From Verrucomicrobiia bacterium (GTDB lineage: Bacteria; Verrucomicrobiota; Verrucomicrobiia; JADLBR01; JAIBCM01): a stretch of DNA of 64,000 bases. The position numbers and the translations under genes were made by a program. Numbering within the stretch: the stretch's first letter is position 1; each line of letters begins with the position of its first letter. The stretch lies in assembly GCA_041395165.1 (NCBI GenBank), contig JAWLBA010000001.1, forward strand, positions 136,068-200,067, read 5' to 3'. The notes under the pieces were generated by a model that saw only the letters and a list, made by a program, of their open reading frames with translations, was not told the DNA's origin and made no database searches. Shown one piece after another: positions 1 to 10,275 of the stretch.

Positions 1-2
1 AA

Positions 3-278
3 GTGCGGGATTATGAGGTGGACGCATTTTTGTTGGACACGCCGTCGGAAAGTTATGGCGGTTCGGGAAAGACGTTTGATTGGGAGTTGGCCACGAAATT
101 TCGCGATCGTGTGGAGACGCCAATTATTTTATCGGGCGGTTTGAATGCAGAGAATGTGGCTCGAGCTATTGAAGAGGTTCAACCTTATGCGGTAGATGTG
201 AATAGTGGGGTGGAATCTGAGCCTGGTAAAAAGGATGAAGCGAAGTTGAAGGAGTTTTTTAAGGCTTTGTCGAGATGA
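3..278 (+). CDS. trpF: N-(5'-phosphoribosyl)anthranilate isomerase, C-terminal part (5' end outside window)
   Basis: ORF is open to the window edge. TrpF-like C-terminus (DAFLLD..YGGSGKTFDW..ILSGGLN..PYAVDVNSGVE). trpB lies downstream. Confidence 0.8.
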   Translation: MRDYEVDAFLLDTPSESYGGSGKTFDWELATKFRDRVETPIILSGGLNAENVARAIEEVQPYAVDVNSGVESEPGKKDEAKLKEFFKALSR

Positions 279-374
279 GGATTAAAAGCCTATAAGGCTT
301 CTTTCTTAATTTCCTAGATTATATAGCTTTTTAAATTAAAGATTAGGCTACATTGAAAAATGGGATCTTTTGGT

Positions 375-516
375 GTCATCCTTGGGCTTGGCCCGGGTAT
401 CCAGAGATATAAAGAATGGATTCCCGATCAAGTCGGGAATGACAAGAGGTTTTTCTTAGTTATGTGAGAGATAATTGAAGCACTTCGGATAGTTATGGTT
501 CAAGCCCGATGATGAC
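375..516. repeat. ~140-nt intergenic element: outer inverted repeat (375-390 / 501-516) enclosing a perfect 8-bp hairpin (420-440)
   Basis: gtcatccttgggcttg at 375-390 matches the reverse complement of caagcccgatgatgac at 501-516 in 13 of 16 positions. Inner hairpin attcccga-tcaag-tcgggaat at 420-440. Confidence 0.35.
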
Positions 517-537
517 ATTGCATTGGGTCTGACTTGT

Positions 538-1359
538 TTAACTAGCAGGTGAGAGATCTGTTTTACACCAACCTGCCAAATTCTGTTGTGACTTAAGGGT
601 TTCGATTTCAGTCGATAGTGACTCTACTTTCATTCTGGCACGATCAAAATTGTGTAAAGCGTTTGTCAGTGAGTTTCCTGTTTTTTTCATTCGTTTTTCT
701 GCGATCTTTTTCCTTTTGGTTAATTCGCGTTGTGTTGCTTTGGTTTTGTAAAAGATTTTCTCCCTAAGACTTTTCACTTGATGTTCATGGGTTTTGCATT
801 TTTCTTTTATGGTATAAAGAGTGAGATTCCATTCAGAGATTTTTCCGCGTGTTGCTAAGATTCGATTCGCTTGATTGCGAGTTTGGCTTAAGATGGCATT
901 ATTACGATCTAAATCAAACTCCGAAGCCGTCGTTTCGTAATCGCAATAAATTTGCGACAAGGTGCGAGCGGTTTTTATGATTTCATCGCTGTAAGTCATT
1001 AGTTCGTGAAGCGTTTTTTGAATGATTGGTTCAATAGCTTGTTCTGATTTGGGCAGTTGCTGAAGAACTGTTTCTGCTTCCGCTCTCATAGCAGTGGCTT
1101 CATCATAAATGGCAAGCGCGTCGTCAATGGCTTCGGCGTTTATTTGAGCGATGTCATTTAAAATGCTTTCACGCTCAACTTTTTTGAAGGCGGCGCGATA
1201 GTATTTTTGGCTTTTTTTGAGTTGTTTGGTTAAATAACTTACGTCTCTTTTGGGAGAGGTAAATTTCCTAATGAACTGTAGCAAGTAAGATTCCGATGGA
1301 ATCGTTTTAGCTTCGTTTGATTTCCTAATTCCTCCTATTTCGTTAGTTAAATAACTCAT
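538..1359 (-). CDS. hypothetical helical/coiled-coil protein (273 aa)
   Basis: Long ORF with Lys/Glu/Ala-rich helical composition and no motif I recognise. It lies on the opposite strand between trpF and trpB. Confidence 0.5.
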   Translation of the reverse strand: MSYLTNEIGGIRKSNEAKTIPSESYLLQFIRKFTSPKRDVSYLTKQLKKSQKYYRAAFKKVERESILNDIAQINAEAIDDALAIYDEATAMRAEAETVLQQLPKSEQAIEPIIQKTLHELMTYSDEIIKTARTLSQIYCDYETTASEFDLDRNNAILSQTRNQANRILATRGKISEWNLTLYTIKEKCKTHEHQVKSLREKIFYKTKATQRELTKRKKIAEKRMKKTGNSLTNALHNFDRARMKVESLSTEIETLKSQQNLAGWCKTDLSPAS

Positions 1360-1494
1360 AGTAGGTTTACTTATTGTAATCTAATAGAAAGGTAAGGCAA
1401 GGTAATTTTATTGTGGTGTCAGGTCCAGTGGTTATTTACGTGAAATCAATTGCTCACTTGAGCAATTAGCGAAAGTGCGTAACCTAACTAACCT

Positions 1495-2697
1495 ATGATG
1501 CCAACACAAGCGGTTCCCGATGAGCAGGGGTTTTTTGGAATTTATGGAGGTATGTATGTTCCGGAAACGTTGATTGAGCCTTTGAGGGAGTTGACGAAAG
1601 AATATCGGCGCGCGCAGGCGGATCCTCATTTTCAACAGGAGCTAAATGATTTGTTGAAAAATTATGTGGGTCGACCCACGCCGCTTTATTTTGCGGAAGG
1701 GTTAACGCGGCATGTGGGAGGCGCTAAGATTTATTTGAAGCGGGAGGATTTGCTGCATACGGGTGCGCATAAAATTAATAATGCGATTGGCCAAATTCTT
1801 TTGGCGAAGCGGATGGGTAAGAAACGGATCATCGCTGAGACGGGTGCGGGTCAGCATGGGGTTGCGACAGCTACGGTGTCGGCGAAGTTTGGGTGCGAGT
1901 GTGTGATTTATATGGGTGAGGTGGATATGCAGCGTCAGGCTTTGAATGTGACGCGGATGCGGCTCTTGGGCGCGAAAGTCATGCCGGTGACAGTGGGACA
2001 ACGCACGTTGAAAGAGGCGGTGAACGAGGCGATGCGGGATTGGGTAACAAATGTTCGGACGACGCACTATATTCTTGGAACGGCTTATGGGTCGCACCCT
2101 TATCCGGAGATGGTGCGCGATTTTCAGCGGGTGATTGGTGATGAGGCGCGAGTGCAGATTTTGCAAAAGGAAAATCGTTTACCGGAATATATTGTGGCTT
2201 GTGTGGGTGGAGGCAGTAATGCAATTGGTATTTTTACTGCGTTTTTACGGGATGCTGAAGTAAAATTAGTCGGTGTTGAGGCGGGGGGAACGGGAATTCG
2301 GCCGGGCAATCATGCGTCGCGATTCCATGGAGGAAGTGTGGGAGTTTTGCAGGGAACGCGCTCTTATATTTTGCAGGATGAAAATGGGCAAATTCTCAAT
2401 ACGCACTCAGTTTCAGCTGGGCTGGATTATGCTGCGGTTGGACCGGAGCATGCTTATTTGCGCGAATTGGGTCGTGCAGAGTATGTGTTTGCGACGGATG
2501 AGGAGGCATTGGAAGCGTTTCAATTACTTTCTCAAAAGGAAGGCATTATTCCCGCGCTGGAGTCGGCGCATGCTGTGGCACATGGTATGAAATTGGCGGA
2601 AAAACTGTCTCCTAATGAGACGATATTAGTTAATCTTTCCGGTCGTGGCGACAAGGATGTCCAAGAGGTTGCGCGCTATCTCGGTTCAATGTGTTGA
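1495..2697 (+). CDS. trpB: tryptophan synthase beta chain
   Basis: Full-length TrpB pattern: PLP-lysine motif [38 protein letters not shown]. Confidence 0.95.
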   Translation: MMPTQAVPDEQGFFGIYGGMYVPETLIEPLRELTKEYRRAQADPHFQQELNDLLKNYVGRPTPLYFAEGLTRHVGGAKIYLKREDLLHTGAHKINNAIGQILLAKRMGKKRIIAETGAGQHGVATATVSAKFGCECVIYMGEVDMQRQALNVTRMRLLGAKVMPVTVGQRTLKEAVNEAMRDWVTNVRTTHYILGTAYGSHPYPEMVRDFQRVIGDEARVQILQKENRLPEYIVACVGGGSNAIGIFTAFLRDAEVKLVGVEAGGTGIRPGNHASRFHGGSVGVLQGTRSYILQDENGQILNTHSVSAGLDYAAVGPEHAYLRELGRAEYVFATDEEALEAFQLLSQKEGIIPALESAHAVAHGMKLAEKLSPNETILVNLSGRGDKDVQEVARYLGSMC

Positions 2698-2833
2698 GTG
2701 AGGTTTGAATTAGGTGAAAACTAAGTTGAAATTTCCAGCCAGGGCAGAAATATTAAGTGTTACATTTTGAATGTCTATTTAACGTCTTGATTTTTTTATT
2801 TTTCAAGAGAAAGTAAATTTAAATTAATAATTT

Positions 2834-4522
2834 ATGGGTAAAAAAGAAAAAATAAAATATCGTAACCGATTAGATAAAGTATTCGCTGAGTTTGACACGC
2901 CTCCTGTGCAACTCTTGGATAGGCAAGGAAAACCCCTCAAAGCTGGATTGCAGGTAACGAATACAGATTTTGAGCCGGGTGCAGGGCGTTATATATATGC
3001 TTATTCTAAATCGGATTATGGAAGCCAGCAGACTATCAAGCAGATTTTCTTTGCTAATTATGACGAGGCGACTCGCCTTTCTCCAGAATTTCTTAAAGAA
3101 CAGGCGAAATTAGGCTTGGAAGGAGCAATGCAATATGATGATGGTCGTTTTGAATATGGCACTCGTTTTTATGATAGCAGGGGTTACTTGTTAGTTGAAA
3201 AAGGAAATATCACCAAAATTGGAGATCAATTTTATTTTAATCAAGGGGAGGGTGAAGCAATCGATTTTGCTAAAAAAGAGCCTTATATGCCTGGCATAGC
3301 TCCCAATCTTTATAAAGTTGGGGATAAAATTTTTCAGCAGGAGGGAGAACTTTATTACACCTATCCTAATAAGGATGAGATTTATACTGAAATAAATCGT
3401 TACAAAGGATCGATTAGGAAGCAAGAATTGACCATAGAAGGAAAAATAACTGATTTCGAAAGTCTTAAAAACATTAAAATAGTTCAAAAAAATAAAGTGG
3501 TAGAAGTAAAAAAGATGGAAGGCTATAGAGTTTTTCCAATAAAAAATCAAGCTGTCGAAGAGCTTTATCCTTTTACCAATCTTGATAAAGTAGGTTGGGA
3601 TAGAAATCAGGAACCTAACCCTATTAATCCCAGCGATTCTGAGCGGGCCTTTCGTTTACAAATGAAATTTCCCGAGTTGGCTGCGACTAATCAAAAAAGG
3701 TTTGAGGTCACTCTGACTAGCACTGATCCGGTAACTCATGAACCGTTGGATAAAATTAAAGTTGTTTTGCGTTTGGATAAAAATGCGAAAGAACCCGGGG
3801 TTTACGTTTCAGAGCCTTTGGCATTGAGCTCTCATCGAGACAATAAGTTGAATGGCGCCGTGAATGATCAATTGGTAGCATTAGCCGGTAGCCAACTAGT
3901 AGTTTCTTACAATTCGATCGAAGGCAAAGAGGTGCAGATTCCTATTGGTGGACCAAAAGCAGAAGCAACTCAGGAAATTAACTTGGTTGTTTTTAAGGAT
4001 GGTAATGAAGAGGCCAGCCTAAAATTGGCTCAAGATCAATTATTCAACGATGTCGCATCTCGATTAGCTCCTATGGGGATTGCAGTTAAAGTTAATGTTC
4101 ATTTTGTCGAGAAGCCGACAGGGCTTAATAACGCTTCCCCAGAAAAGTTAGCCGCGATTGCTAAGGGTTATGCATCGAGTCCTAATGCCATTACGATGAT
4201 TATGGGCGGAGGCAATCATGGCACTGTGTATCACTCTGTTGATCCTCAAAAAAATGTGAGGAATAGTTTTTTTGTAGATCAAGCAACAGTAAGTAATGGT
4301 TTAAATCAAGGGTATAATGTCCATGACACTGAAGAGATGGTGATGAAGATGATGTTAACTTCTTCTGGTTATTTGGAGCCAGGTAAGGAGTATCGCCATG
4401 CTGAGCATAGCCCTAACGCAGACCGAGCGAAATATTACTTAGCTTCGCCGACGTTGGATAAAAATCCGACTCCTTCTGTGGTGGTTGATCCTTTTACTGC
4501 CAAGCCGGCTTTGGTTCCTTAA
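2834..4522 (+). CDS. hypothetical protein (562 aa), orphan family X, paralog of 35070-36587
   Basis: Islands shared with the 512-aa ORF: FEPG..RY, NYD, GYLLVEKGNITKIGDQFYF, LTSTDPVTHEPLD, KDGNEEASL, ITMIMGGGNH, and a C-terminal PALVP. No signal peptide is visible. Confidence 0.6.
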   Translation: MGKKEKIKYRNRLDKVFAEFDTPPVQLLDRQGKPLKAGLQVTNTDFEPGAGRYIYAYSKSDYGSQQTIKQIFFANYDEATRLSPEFLKEQAKLGLEGAMQYDDGRFEYGTRFYDSRGYLLVEKGNITKIGDQFYFNQGEGEAIDFAKKEPYMPGIAPNLYKVGDKIFQQEGELYYTYPNKDEIYTEINRYKGSIRKQELTIEGKITDFESLKNIKIVQKNKVVEVKKMEGYRVFPIKNQAVEELYPFTNLDKVGWDRNQEPNPINPSDSERAFRLQMKFPELAATNQKRFEVTLTSTDPVTHEPLDKIKVVLRLDKNAKEPGVYVSEPLALSSHRDNKLNGAVNDQLVALAGSQLVVSYNSIEGKEVQIPIGGPKAEATQEINLVVFKDGNEEASLKLAQDQLFNDVASRLAPMGIAVKVNVHFVEKPTGLNNASPEKLAAIAKGYASSPNAITMIMGGGNHGTVYHSVDPQKNVRNSFFVDQATVSNGLNQGYNVHDTEEMVMKMMLTSSGYLEPGKEYRHAEHSPNADRAKYYLASPTLDKNPTPSVVVDPFTAKPALVP

Positions 4523-4649
4523 GACTGTTTTTTTAGCGCTAGAGTGAGAGAAACAAAGGAACTCTTTGTTTTAAGATTTGTTTTTGTTTGAAAAAGTGAA
4601 TTCTTTGCTTGCACACTTCTTGAATGGGCGACAAAACTTATCGTGACGC

Positions 4650-5246
4650 ATGAAAAAAATAAAAGTGTTCCTTATGTTTGGTTCGCCTGGTTCTGGAAAA
4701 GGAACTCAGGGAAAAATTCTTGGCAATATTCCCGGCTTTTTTCATCTCGCTTGCGGCGACGTGTTTCGTTCGATTGATTTGCGTTCTGATATTGGAAAAG
4801 TTTATCTGGAGTATTCCAGTCAAGGTTTGCTCGTGCCGGACGATATTACCATGCGACTTTGGCAGCAACAGATTCATAACATGATTATTCTCGGTCGATT
4901 CAAGCCAGAAATTGACCACCTGGTTTTAGACGGGATTCCTCGCAACGTGAACCAAGCTAAAATTTTGGATGAACATGCCGAAGTAAAACGACTTTTTCAT
5001 CTCAGTTGCCCAGATCGTAGTAAATTGGTAGAGCGTTTGAAACGGCGCGCGCTTAAGGAAAATCGGTTGGATGATGCTAATGAAGAAATTATTCGCAAAC
5101 GCTTGATGACTTACGAAAAAGAATCCAAACCGGTTTTAGATCATTATGGTGAAGATAAAGTAGTTTCGATTGACGCCACGCAATGGCCTTATCAAGTGCT
5201 TCACGATATTCTTGAGCACATTGAAACCGAAGCCATGGTTGCTTAA
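4650..5246 (+). CDS. adk: adenylate kinase family protein (short-LID type)
   Basis: P-loop GSPGSGKGTQ, the NMP-binding region, and an LDG.PR motif. Confidence 0.8.
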   Translation: MKKIKVFLMFGSPGSGKGTQGKILGNIPGFFHLACGDVFRSIDLRSDIGKVYLEYSSQGLLVPDDITMRLWQQQIHNMIILGRFKPEIDHLVLDGIPRNVNQAKILDEHAEVKRLFHLSCPDRSKLVERLKRRALKENRLDDANEEIIRKRLMTYEKESKPVLDHYGEDKVVSIDATQWPYQVLHDILEHIETEAMVA

Positions 5247-5260
5247 GTTTTTTAAGCGCT

Positions 5261-5485
5261 ATGGATCAGTTTGACTCATTTACCGCCTCTCAACTTTACT
5301 GTCCCAAATGCCAAAAACCCATGCCGGTTCGCGAAAAGCTTCTGCTCGTTTTGCCCGATAAAGAAATTTACGATTATTTATGCAGTGGATGTGCAACTTC
5401 TTTGGGGCAACGAGAAATTTCTTTGAGCGAACAACCTTTGCGTTCACTCGTGCGAAAATCGCGTTTAAAAAAGAAAAACTCTTAA
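5261..5485 (+). CDS. small zinc-ribbon protein (74 aa)
   Basis: Two Cys pairs (CPKC ... CSGC) and a basic C-terminal tail. No family recognised. Confidence 0.45.
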   Translation: MDQFDSFTASQLYCPKCQKPMPVREKLLLVLPDKEIYDYLCSGCATSLGQREISLSEQPLRSLVRKSRLKKKNS

Positions 5486-5497
5486 AATTTAGTGAGT

Positions 5498-6184
5498 CTA
5501 ATTACGACGTCCGCCTCCCAGAAGGGGCAACAAATACCACAGAAAATATACCAGCGACGTGATAAAGGCTGCGACATAAGTCCAACCCGCAGCATTTAAA
5601 ACGCTATTTACGCCTTGTGCCTCCTTGCCTTCTTGGATAAAACTCATTTTTCCTAAAATAACTTTTGCGCGTCGTGACGCATCGAACTCAACTGGCAAAG
5701 TGATTAAATTGAACAACATAATGACGCCAAAAGCCACCGCCATAATTAAAATTCCTGTATAAGGCGAAATTAAATGTGTGGCTACACCCAAAATAGGCAC
5801 TCCCCATGTAAGTGGACTTACAAAAGTAACTAATCCCACGGATGCCATTCGCCATTTCAATGGAGCGTAAGCGATTTTATGTTGAATGGCATGACCGCAT
5901 TCATGAGCTGCCACTCCCAATGCGGCGACGGAAGTGCCATGATAATTTTCCGAAGAAAGCACCAAACGTTTATGAATGGGATCATAATGATCGGCTAACG
6001 TGCCCTGTTTTTCGCGGATATCCACATCATCAATACCAGCCGCTCGTAAAATTTGATAGGCTGCCTCTGCGCCATTGTAACCCGAACTCGCAGGTACTCG
6101 AGAGTAGCGCAAATAAGTCGCCTTGACTCGCATGACAGCGAGAAAAGAAATTGCCATCGTACCAATAAAAATAATCCAAAACAT
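5498..6184 (-). CDS. membrane zinc metallopeptidase (YugP / Zn_peptidase_2-like)
   Basis: HExxH motif HECGHAIQH with N- and C-terminal transmembrane segments. Size and layout are typical of the family. Confidence 0.8.
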   Translation of the reverse strand: MFWIIFIGTMAISFLAVMRVKATYLRYSRVPASSGYNGAEAAYQILRAAGIDDVDIREKQGTLADHYDPIHKRLVLSSENYHGTSVAALGVAAHECGHAIQHKIAYAPLKWRMASVGLVTFVSPLTWGVPILGVATHLISPYTGILIMAVAFGVIMLFNLITLPVEFDASRRAKVILGKMSFIQEGKEAQGVNSVLNAAGWTYVAAFITSLVYFLWYLLPLLGGGRRN

Positions 6185-6294
6185 AATAACCTTTAAAATT
6201 AAGACTTAAAGAATACTGAGATGATTCATTTTTTCAACATTTAGCGAAATCTTTTGCCTTTTTTTCAGAAAAATCATCATACTTATTAAATAAC

Positions 6295-6343
6295 CGCGGG
6301 GTGGAGTCCCGCCTAGGCGGGAGTAGCTCGTTAGTCTAAATCC
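6295..6343 (+). repeat. tRNA-fMet-derived fragment (5' part) with a 16-nt hairpin in place of the D-loop
   Basis: cgcggggtggag + tcccgcctaggcggga + gtagctcgt aligns to the acceptor and D-arm of the intact tRNA at 6383. Confidence 0.6.
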
Positions 6344-6382
6344 TTGCTTTTTTTAAAAAATATTCTATCCTTCTAATCTAAT

Positions 6383-6456
<74 letters not shown>

Positions 6457-6460
6457 TTTG

Positions 6461-6510
6461 TTTTAGGCTCATAAATCCCGCATTATTGGTGGGATCCCTG
6501 GTTAAAAATC
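6461..6510 (+). repeat. tRNA-fMet-derived fragment (anticodon loop + T-arm) interrupted by a hairpin
   Basis: ttttaggctcataa + atcccgcattattggtgggat + ccctggttaaaaatc, compared with ctcataacctgaaggtccctggttcaaatcc in the tRNA. Confidence 0.55.
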
Positions 6511-6529
6511 TAAACTCTGTATATTTTAC

Positions 6530-6781
6530 ATGTATCAAGTTTATACTCTGCAAAACCCAGAGAATCGTTATTACATTGGCCTTTCAGAAAATATAGAAGT
6601 CAGACTTGCCCAACATAATAATCATCAATCACGCTGGACTAAAAATAAAGGTCCATGGCAACTCATTTGGCAAAGTTCATCCATGACTTTATCAGAAGCG
6701 AGAAGATTAGAGAATAAATTGAAACGTCAAAAGACAGGAAAAGGCTTTTATCAAATGACTGGGTTAAGCCGAACGCGTTAG
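6530..6781 (+). CDS. GIY-YIG nuclease superfamily protein (83 aa)
   Basis: N-terminal YQVYTL..x..YYIGLSENIEVRLAQHN matches the GIY-(x10)-YIG layout. A conserved R/E/N region lies downstream (EARRLENKLK). Confidence 0.75.
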   Translation: MYQVYTLQNPENRYYIGLSENIEVRLAQHNNHQSRWTKNKGPWQLIWQSSSMTLSEARRLENKLKRQKTGKGFYQMTGLSRTR

Positions 6782-6843
6782 TTCATAATCCCGCCTCGGC
6801 GGGATCCCAGTCCCAATCCAGGTCCCGCTTTTAGGTTTCATAA
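6782..6843 (+). repeat. tRNA-fMet-derived fragment (3' half) with hairpin, followed by a second ttttagg.t.cataa repeat
   Basis: ttcataa + tcccgcctcggcggga + tcccagtcccaatccaggtcccgc aligns to the anticodon loop, T-arm and 3' acceptor of the tRNA. 6829-6843 repeats 6461-6474. Confidence 0.55.
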
Positions 6844-6991
6844 TTCGGTAGCTGTTGAATCTTTTTTCGAAGTGTAGTCTCCGTTTTGTAGATAAGTTTT
6901 TTTGGCATTCACGTAAAAATCAAATCTTTTGCAGATAACGCACGTCAAATCAACAGTTGTGCCGTAACAAAATCTGGCTATACTGCAACCG

Positions 6992-9028
6992 ATGTCAAAT
7001 TTACCGCCACAGTCTAAACCGCCGAAATTTCCCAAGCCGCCGCGACGCGATCCGAATCGGGGCGATGGCGGGATGAATTGGAGAAGTCTATTGCTTTTTT
7101 CGTTGGCGATGCTTCTGATGTTGTTGTTTGTTTATGCGCGTCAGGGGGCGGCTAATCTTACTAAGGAGCTTTCTTATCAACCGGAGTTTTTGACTGCTTT
7201 AAAAGAAAATCGCATTAAAAGTGTGGAAGTTATTGTGGACAATTCCACGGGTGAGGAAAAGTTGCGCGGCAAATATGTGGTGGACGGGAAAGAAAGAGAT
7301 TTTTGGGTGGCGATCAATCTCAATTTTAATCGCGACCTCTATCAGACTCTTAATGAGGCTAAGGTGCCAGTAAAAATGGTTTACACCACCAACTGGTTGG
7401 CTTCCGGCCTTTTCAGTTTTTTGCCGATTCTTTTGATTTTGCTCATTTTATATTTCATGTTTCGTCAGCAAATCAAAATGGCGGGTAAAAGCGCATTTAA
7501 TTTTGGAAAAAGCCGCAGTAAAATGGTGGCGCGGGATAAAAATCGCATTTTCTTTAAAGATGTAGCGGGTGTTGAGGAAGCGAAAGAGGAGGTGCAAGAG
7601 ATTGTCGAGTTTTTGAAGGATCCTAAAAAGTTTCAGAAGCTGGGCGGTAAAATTCCTAAGGGGGTGCTGATGGTAGGGCCTCCAGGAACGGGTAAAACGT
7701 TGCTAGCAAAGGCGATTGCGGGTGAGGCGGATGTTCCTTTTTTTAGTATTAGCGGGTCTGATTTTGTGGAGATGTTTGTCGGGGTGGGCGCGTCGCGTGT
7801 GCGCGATCTTTTTGAACAGGGTAAGCGTAATGCACCTTGTTTGATTTTTATTGATGAAATCGATGCGGTGGGACGTTCTCGTGGTCATGGTGTGGGTGGT
7901 GGCAATGATGAGCGGGAGCAGACGTTGAATGCTTTGCTCGTGGAGATGGACGGGTTCGATACTCAGGAAGGGATTATTATTATTGCTGCGACAAATCGGA
8001 AAGATGTTTTGGATCCTGCATTGTTACGTCCGGGTCGATTCGATCGTGAGGTGCATATTAATTTGCCTGATATTAAAGGGCGCGAAGAAATTCTTAAAGT
8101 GCACGCGCAAAAGATTAAACTTTCTGCTGATGTGGATTTGGGTGTGATTGCTCGTGGCACTCCGGGTTATTCTGGTGCGGAATTGGCGAATGTGATTAAT
8201 GAAGCGGCGCTTTTGGCGGCAAAATATGGCAAGGCTGCGGTGACTCAACCAGAACTTGAGGAGGCCCGTGACAAGGTGCGTTGGGGGCGCGAACGTCGCA
8301 GTATGGCAATGACTTTGGAGGAAAAGAAGACGACGGCTTATCACGAAGCGGGTCATGCGATTTTGAATTTGCTTTTGGAACACACCGATCCTTTGCACAA
8401 GGTGAGCATTATTCCTCGTGGACCTGCTTTAGGGGTGACCATGATGTTGCCGGAGGCGGATCGTTATAACACGCGCCGTAAAGAATTGATTGATGATCTT
8501 TGTGTTACCATGGGTGGACGCGTGGCGGAAGAAATTTTTCTGGGCGATATTTCAAGTGGCGCTAGTGGCGATATTCGACAAGCGACGTGGTATGCGCGCA
8601 AGATGGTTTGCGAATGGGGCATGAGTGAGAAGATGGGCATGATTCAATATGATGAGCGTGAAGATCTCGTTTTTTTGGGTCGTGACATTGGCCGTAATCG
8701 CAGTTACAGCGAAGAAACACAGCGCGAAATTGATCATGAGGTAAAGAAGTTGATCGATGACGCTTATTCGCGCGCGAAAAAATTAATTTCTGAAAATCGC
8801 GATAAACTTGAAGCTATTGCTCAAGCCTTATTGGAATACGAAACGCTTGATGGTCAGCATATCAAAGAGATACTGGAGCATGGACGTCTTATTAATCCTC
8901 CTTCAAAACCCACTCCGCCTAAATCGGAATCTTCTTCTTCCAGTTCTTCGGGAGAAAAGAAAGGAGAGAAAGATAAAGGTGATTTTCCATTTCCGGAAGG
9001 GCTAAATCCTGCGCCGATTGGGGCTTGA
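6992..9028 (+). CDS. ftsH: ATP-dependent zinc metalloprotease FtsH
   Basis: Two N-terminal TM segments, Walker A GPPGTGKT, Walker B IFIDEID, SRH region, zinc site HEAGHA. Confidence 0.97.
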   Translation: MSNLPPQSKPPKFPKPPRRDPNRGDGGMNWRSLLLFSLAMLLMLLFVYARQGAANLTKELSYQPEFLTALKENRIKSVEVIVDNSTGEEKLRGKYVVDGKERDFWVAINLNFNRDLYQTLNEAKVPVKMVYTTNWLASGLFSFLPILLILLILYFMFRQQIKMAGKSAFNFGKSRSKMVARDKNRIFFKDVAGVEEAKEEVQEIVEFLKDPKKFQKLGGKIPKGVLMVGPPGTGKTLLAKAIAGEADVPFFSISGSDFVEMFVGVGASRVRDLFEQGKRNAPCLIFIDEIDAVGRSRGHGVGGGNDEREQTLNALLVEMDGFDTQEGIIIIAATNRKDVLDPALLRPGRFDREVHINLPDIKGREEILKVHAQKIKLSADVDLGVIARGTPGYSGAELANVINEAALLAAKYGKAAVTQPELEEARDKVRWGRERRSMAMTLEEKKTTAYHEAGHAILNLLLEHTDPLHKVSIIPRGPALGVTMMLPEADRYNTRRKELIDDLCVTMGGRVAEEIFLGDISSGASGDIRQATWYARKMVCEWGMSEKMGMIQYDEREDLVFLGRDIGRNRSYSEETQREIDHEVKKLIDDAYSRAKKLISENRDKLEAIAQALLEYETLDGQHIKEILEHGRLINPPSKPTPPKSESSSSSSSGEKKGEKDKGDFPFPEGLNPAPIGA

Positions 9029-9041
9029 GCCTTAGAATTTG

Positions 9042-9059
9042 ATTCCGCCTCGGTGGGAT
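9042..9059. repeat. small palindromic hairpin of the tcccgcc..ggcggga family
   Basis: attccgcctcggtgggat lies just after the ftsH stop. It is a variant of the hairpin at 6788-6805. Confidence 0.4.
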
Positions 9060-9100
9060 GAAATTCGTATCATTTCCCTTTCTTGAAAATGGCGTGAATT

Positions 9101-9859
9101 ATGCTAAAAGCTTTTTTTATGTTCCCACTTTTTTTGCCGCTCGCTGAAGTCAACCGTTTGCAGTATGCATTTCAAGCTTCCACGTTCGAAGGTAAAATGG
9201 TCATCATTTTTTTATTAATCGGATCCATTTTTAGTTGGTCGGTGATGGTTGCTAAACTTTTGGAAGTGCGAAGGGCGCATCGCAGCAATACTCAATTTCT
9301 GAAAGATTTTCGAAGAGATCCTAATCCTTTGACGCTTTTTTCAAAACCATTTCATTATTTGGGTTCTCCATTATTTCAGATTTTTCGTGCGGGTTGTCGG
9401 GAACTCGCCTTTCAGAAAACCGGATCAACCGAAGTAGATGACACTTTTATTGATCGGATTCAAAGCACTCATAAAATTTCAACTACTGCCATGAATTCAG
9501 TGAAATCGGCTATGGAACGAGCGGTGGGCGAAAGTGCGTTAAAATTGGAAGATAAAATGGTGTTGTTAGCAACCGCAGTGAGCGGAGCACCTTTTTTGGG
9601 ATTATTGGGAACGGTTTGGGGGGTGATGGATACTTTCACGGGTGTTGCAATGGCAGGCTCTGCTAATTTGGCCGCGATGGCGCCGGGTGTTTCGGGAGCG
9701 CTTACGACAACTGTGACCGGTTTGTTGGTCGCAATTCCTGCAATGTTTGGTTACAATTATTTAGTGTCAACCATTCGTGCGCTCACGGTGGGTATGGACA
9801 ATTTTGCGGGTGAATTAGCTGCAGCATTAGAGCATCATTATCTTGAAATTCGGTCATGA
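9101..9859 (+). CDS. tolQ: MotA/TolQ/ExbB proton channel protein
   Basis: Three TM segments and the conserved C-terminal region (GLLGTVWG.. A..T..GL..AIP). First gene of a tolQRAB-pal-like cluster. Confidence 0.85.
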   Translation: MLKAFFMFPLFLPLAEVNRLQYAFQASTFEGKMVIIFLLIGSIFSWSVMVAKLLEVRRAHRSNTQFLKDFRRDPNPLTLFSKPFHYLGSPLFQIFRAGCRELAFQKTGSTEVDDTFIDRIQSTHKISTTAMNSVKSAMERAVGESALKLEDKMVLLATAVSGAPFLGLLGTVWGVMDTFTGVAMAGSANLAAMAPGVSGALTTTVTGLLVAIPAMFGYNYLVSTIRALTVGMDNFAGELAAALEHHYLEIRS

Positions 9860-10269
9860 AACGGTTTTCGCAAAAAACGGGTTTTTCTTCTTTGGCAGAA
9901 TTAAATATCACGCCACTTTTGGATTTGGCTTTTGTTCTTTTAATTATTTTTGTGATTACGACGCCGCTGCTGGAACAAGGTATTTCTGTTGCCACGCCCT
10001 CTAGTAGTCCGACACCCGTCGCTTTAGATCTTCAATCGGTAAAAATGGTTTCTATCAATCAACAGGGCGAAATTTTTTTAGAAAAGGAAGCGATTTCTTT
10101 GAACAGGCTGGAAGCACGATTGCATCAGCTCAAGGTTCAAGACGAGAAAGTGGCGGTTGGCATTCGCGCTGATAAACATTTGGCTTATGAGAAAATTATT
10201 GAAGTATTAGATGCTTTGCAGCGTTCAGGCATTACTCAGTTTGGTCTTATCACGCGAGTGGAAGATTAA
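9856..10269 (+). CDS. tolR: ExbD/TolR biopolymer transport protein
   Basis: N-terminal motif INITPLLDLAFVLLIIF. ATGA overlap with the upstream tolQ. Typical size. Confidence 0.85.
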   Translation: MKRFSQKTGFSSLAELNITPLLDLAFVLLIIFVITTPLLEQGISVATPSSSPTPVALDLQSVKMVSINQQGEIFLEKEAISLNRLEARLHQLKVQDEKVAVGIRADKHLAYEKIIEVLDALQRSGITQFGLITRVED

Positions 10270-10275
10270 AAAATT

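Noticed and set aside
1446-1467. The hairpin aattgctc-actt-gagcaatt just upstream of trpB as a trp attenuator or T-box.
   Set aside because: No U-run follows it. I could find no leader peptide with Trp codons, no alternative antiterminator pairing and no T-box specifier features. It may still be a minor regulatory stem, but evidence is insufficient.
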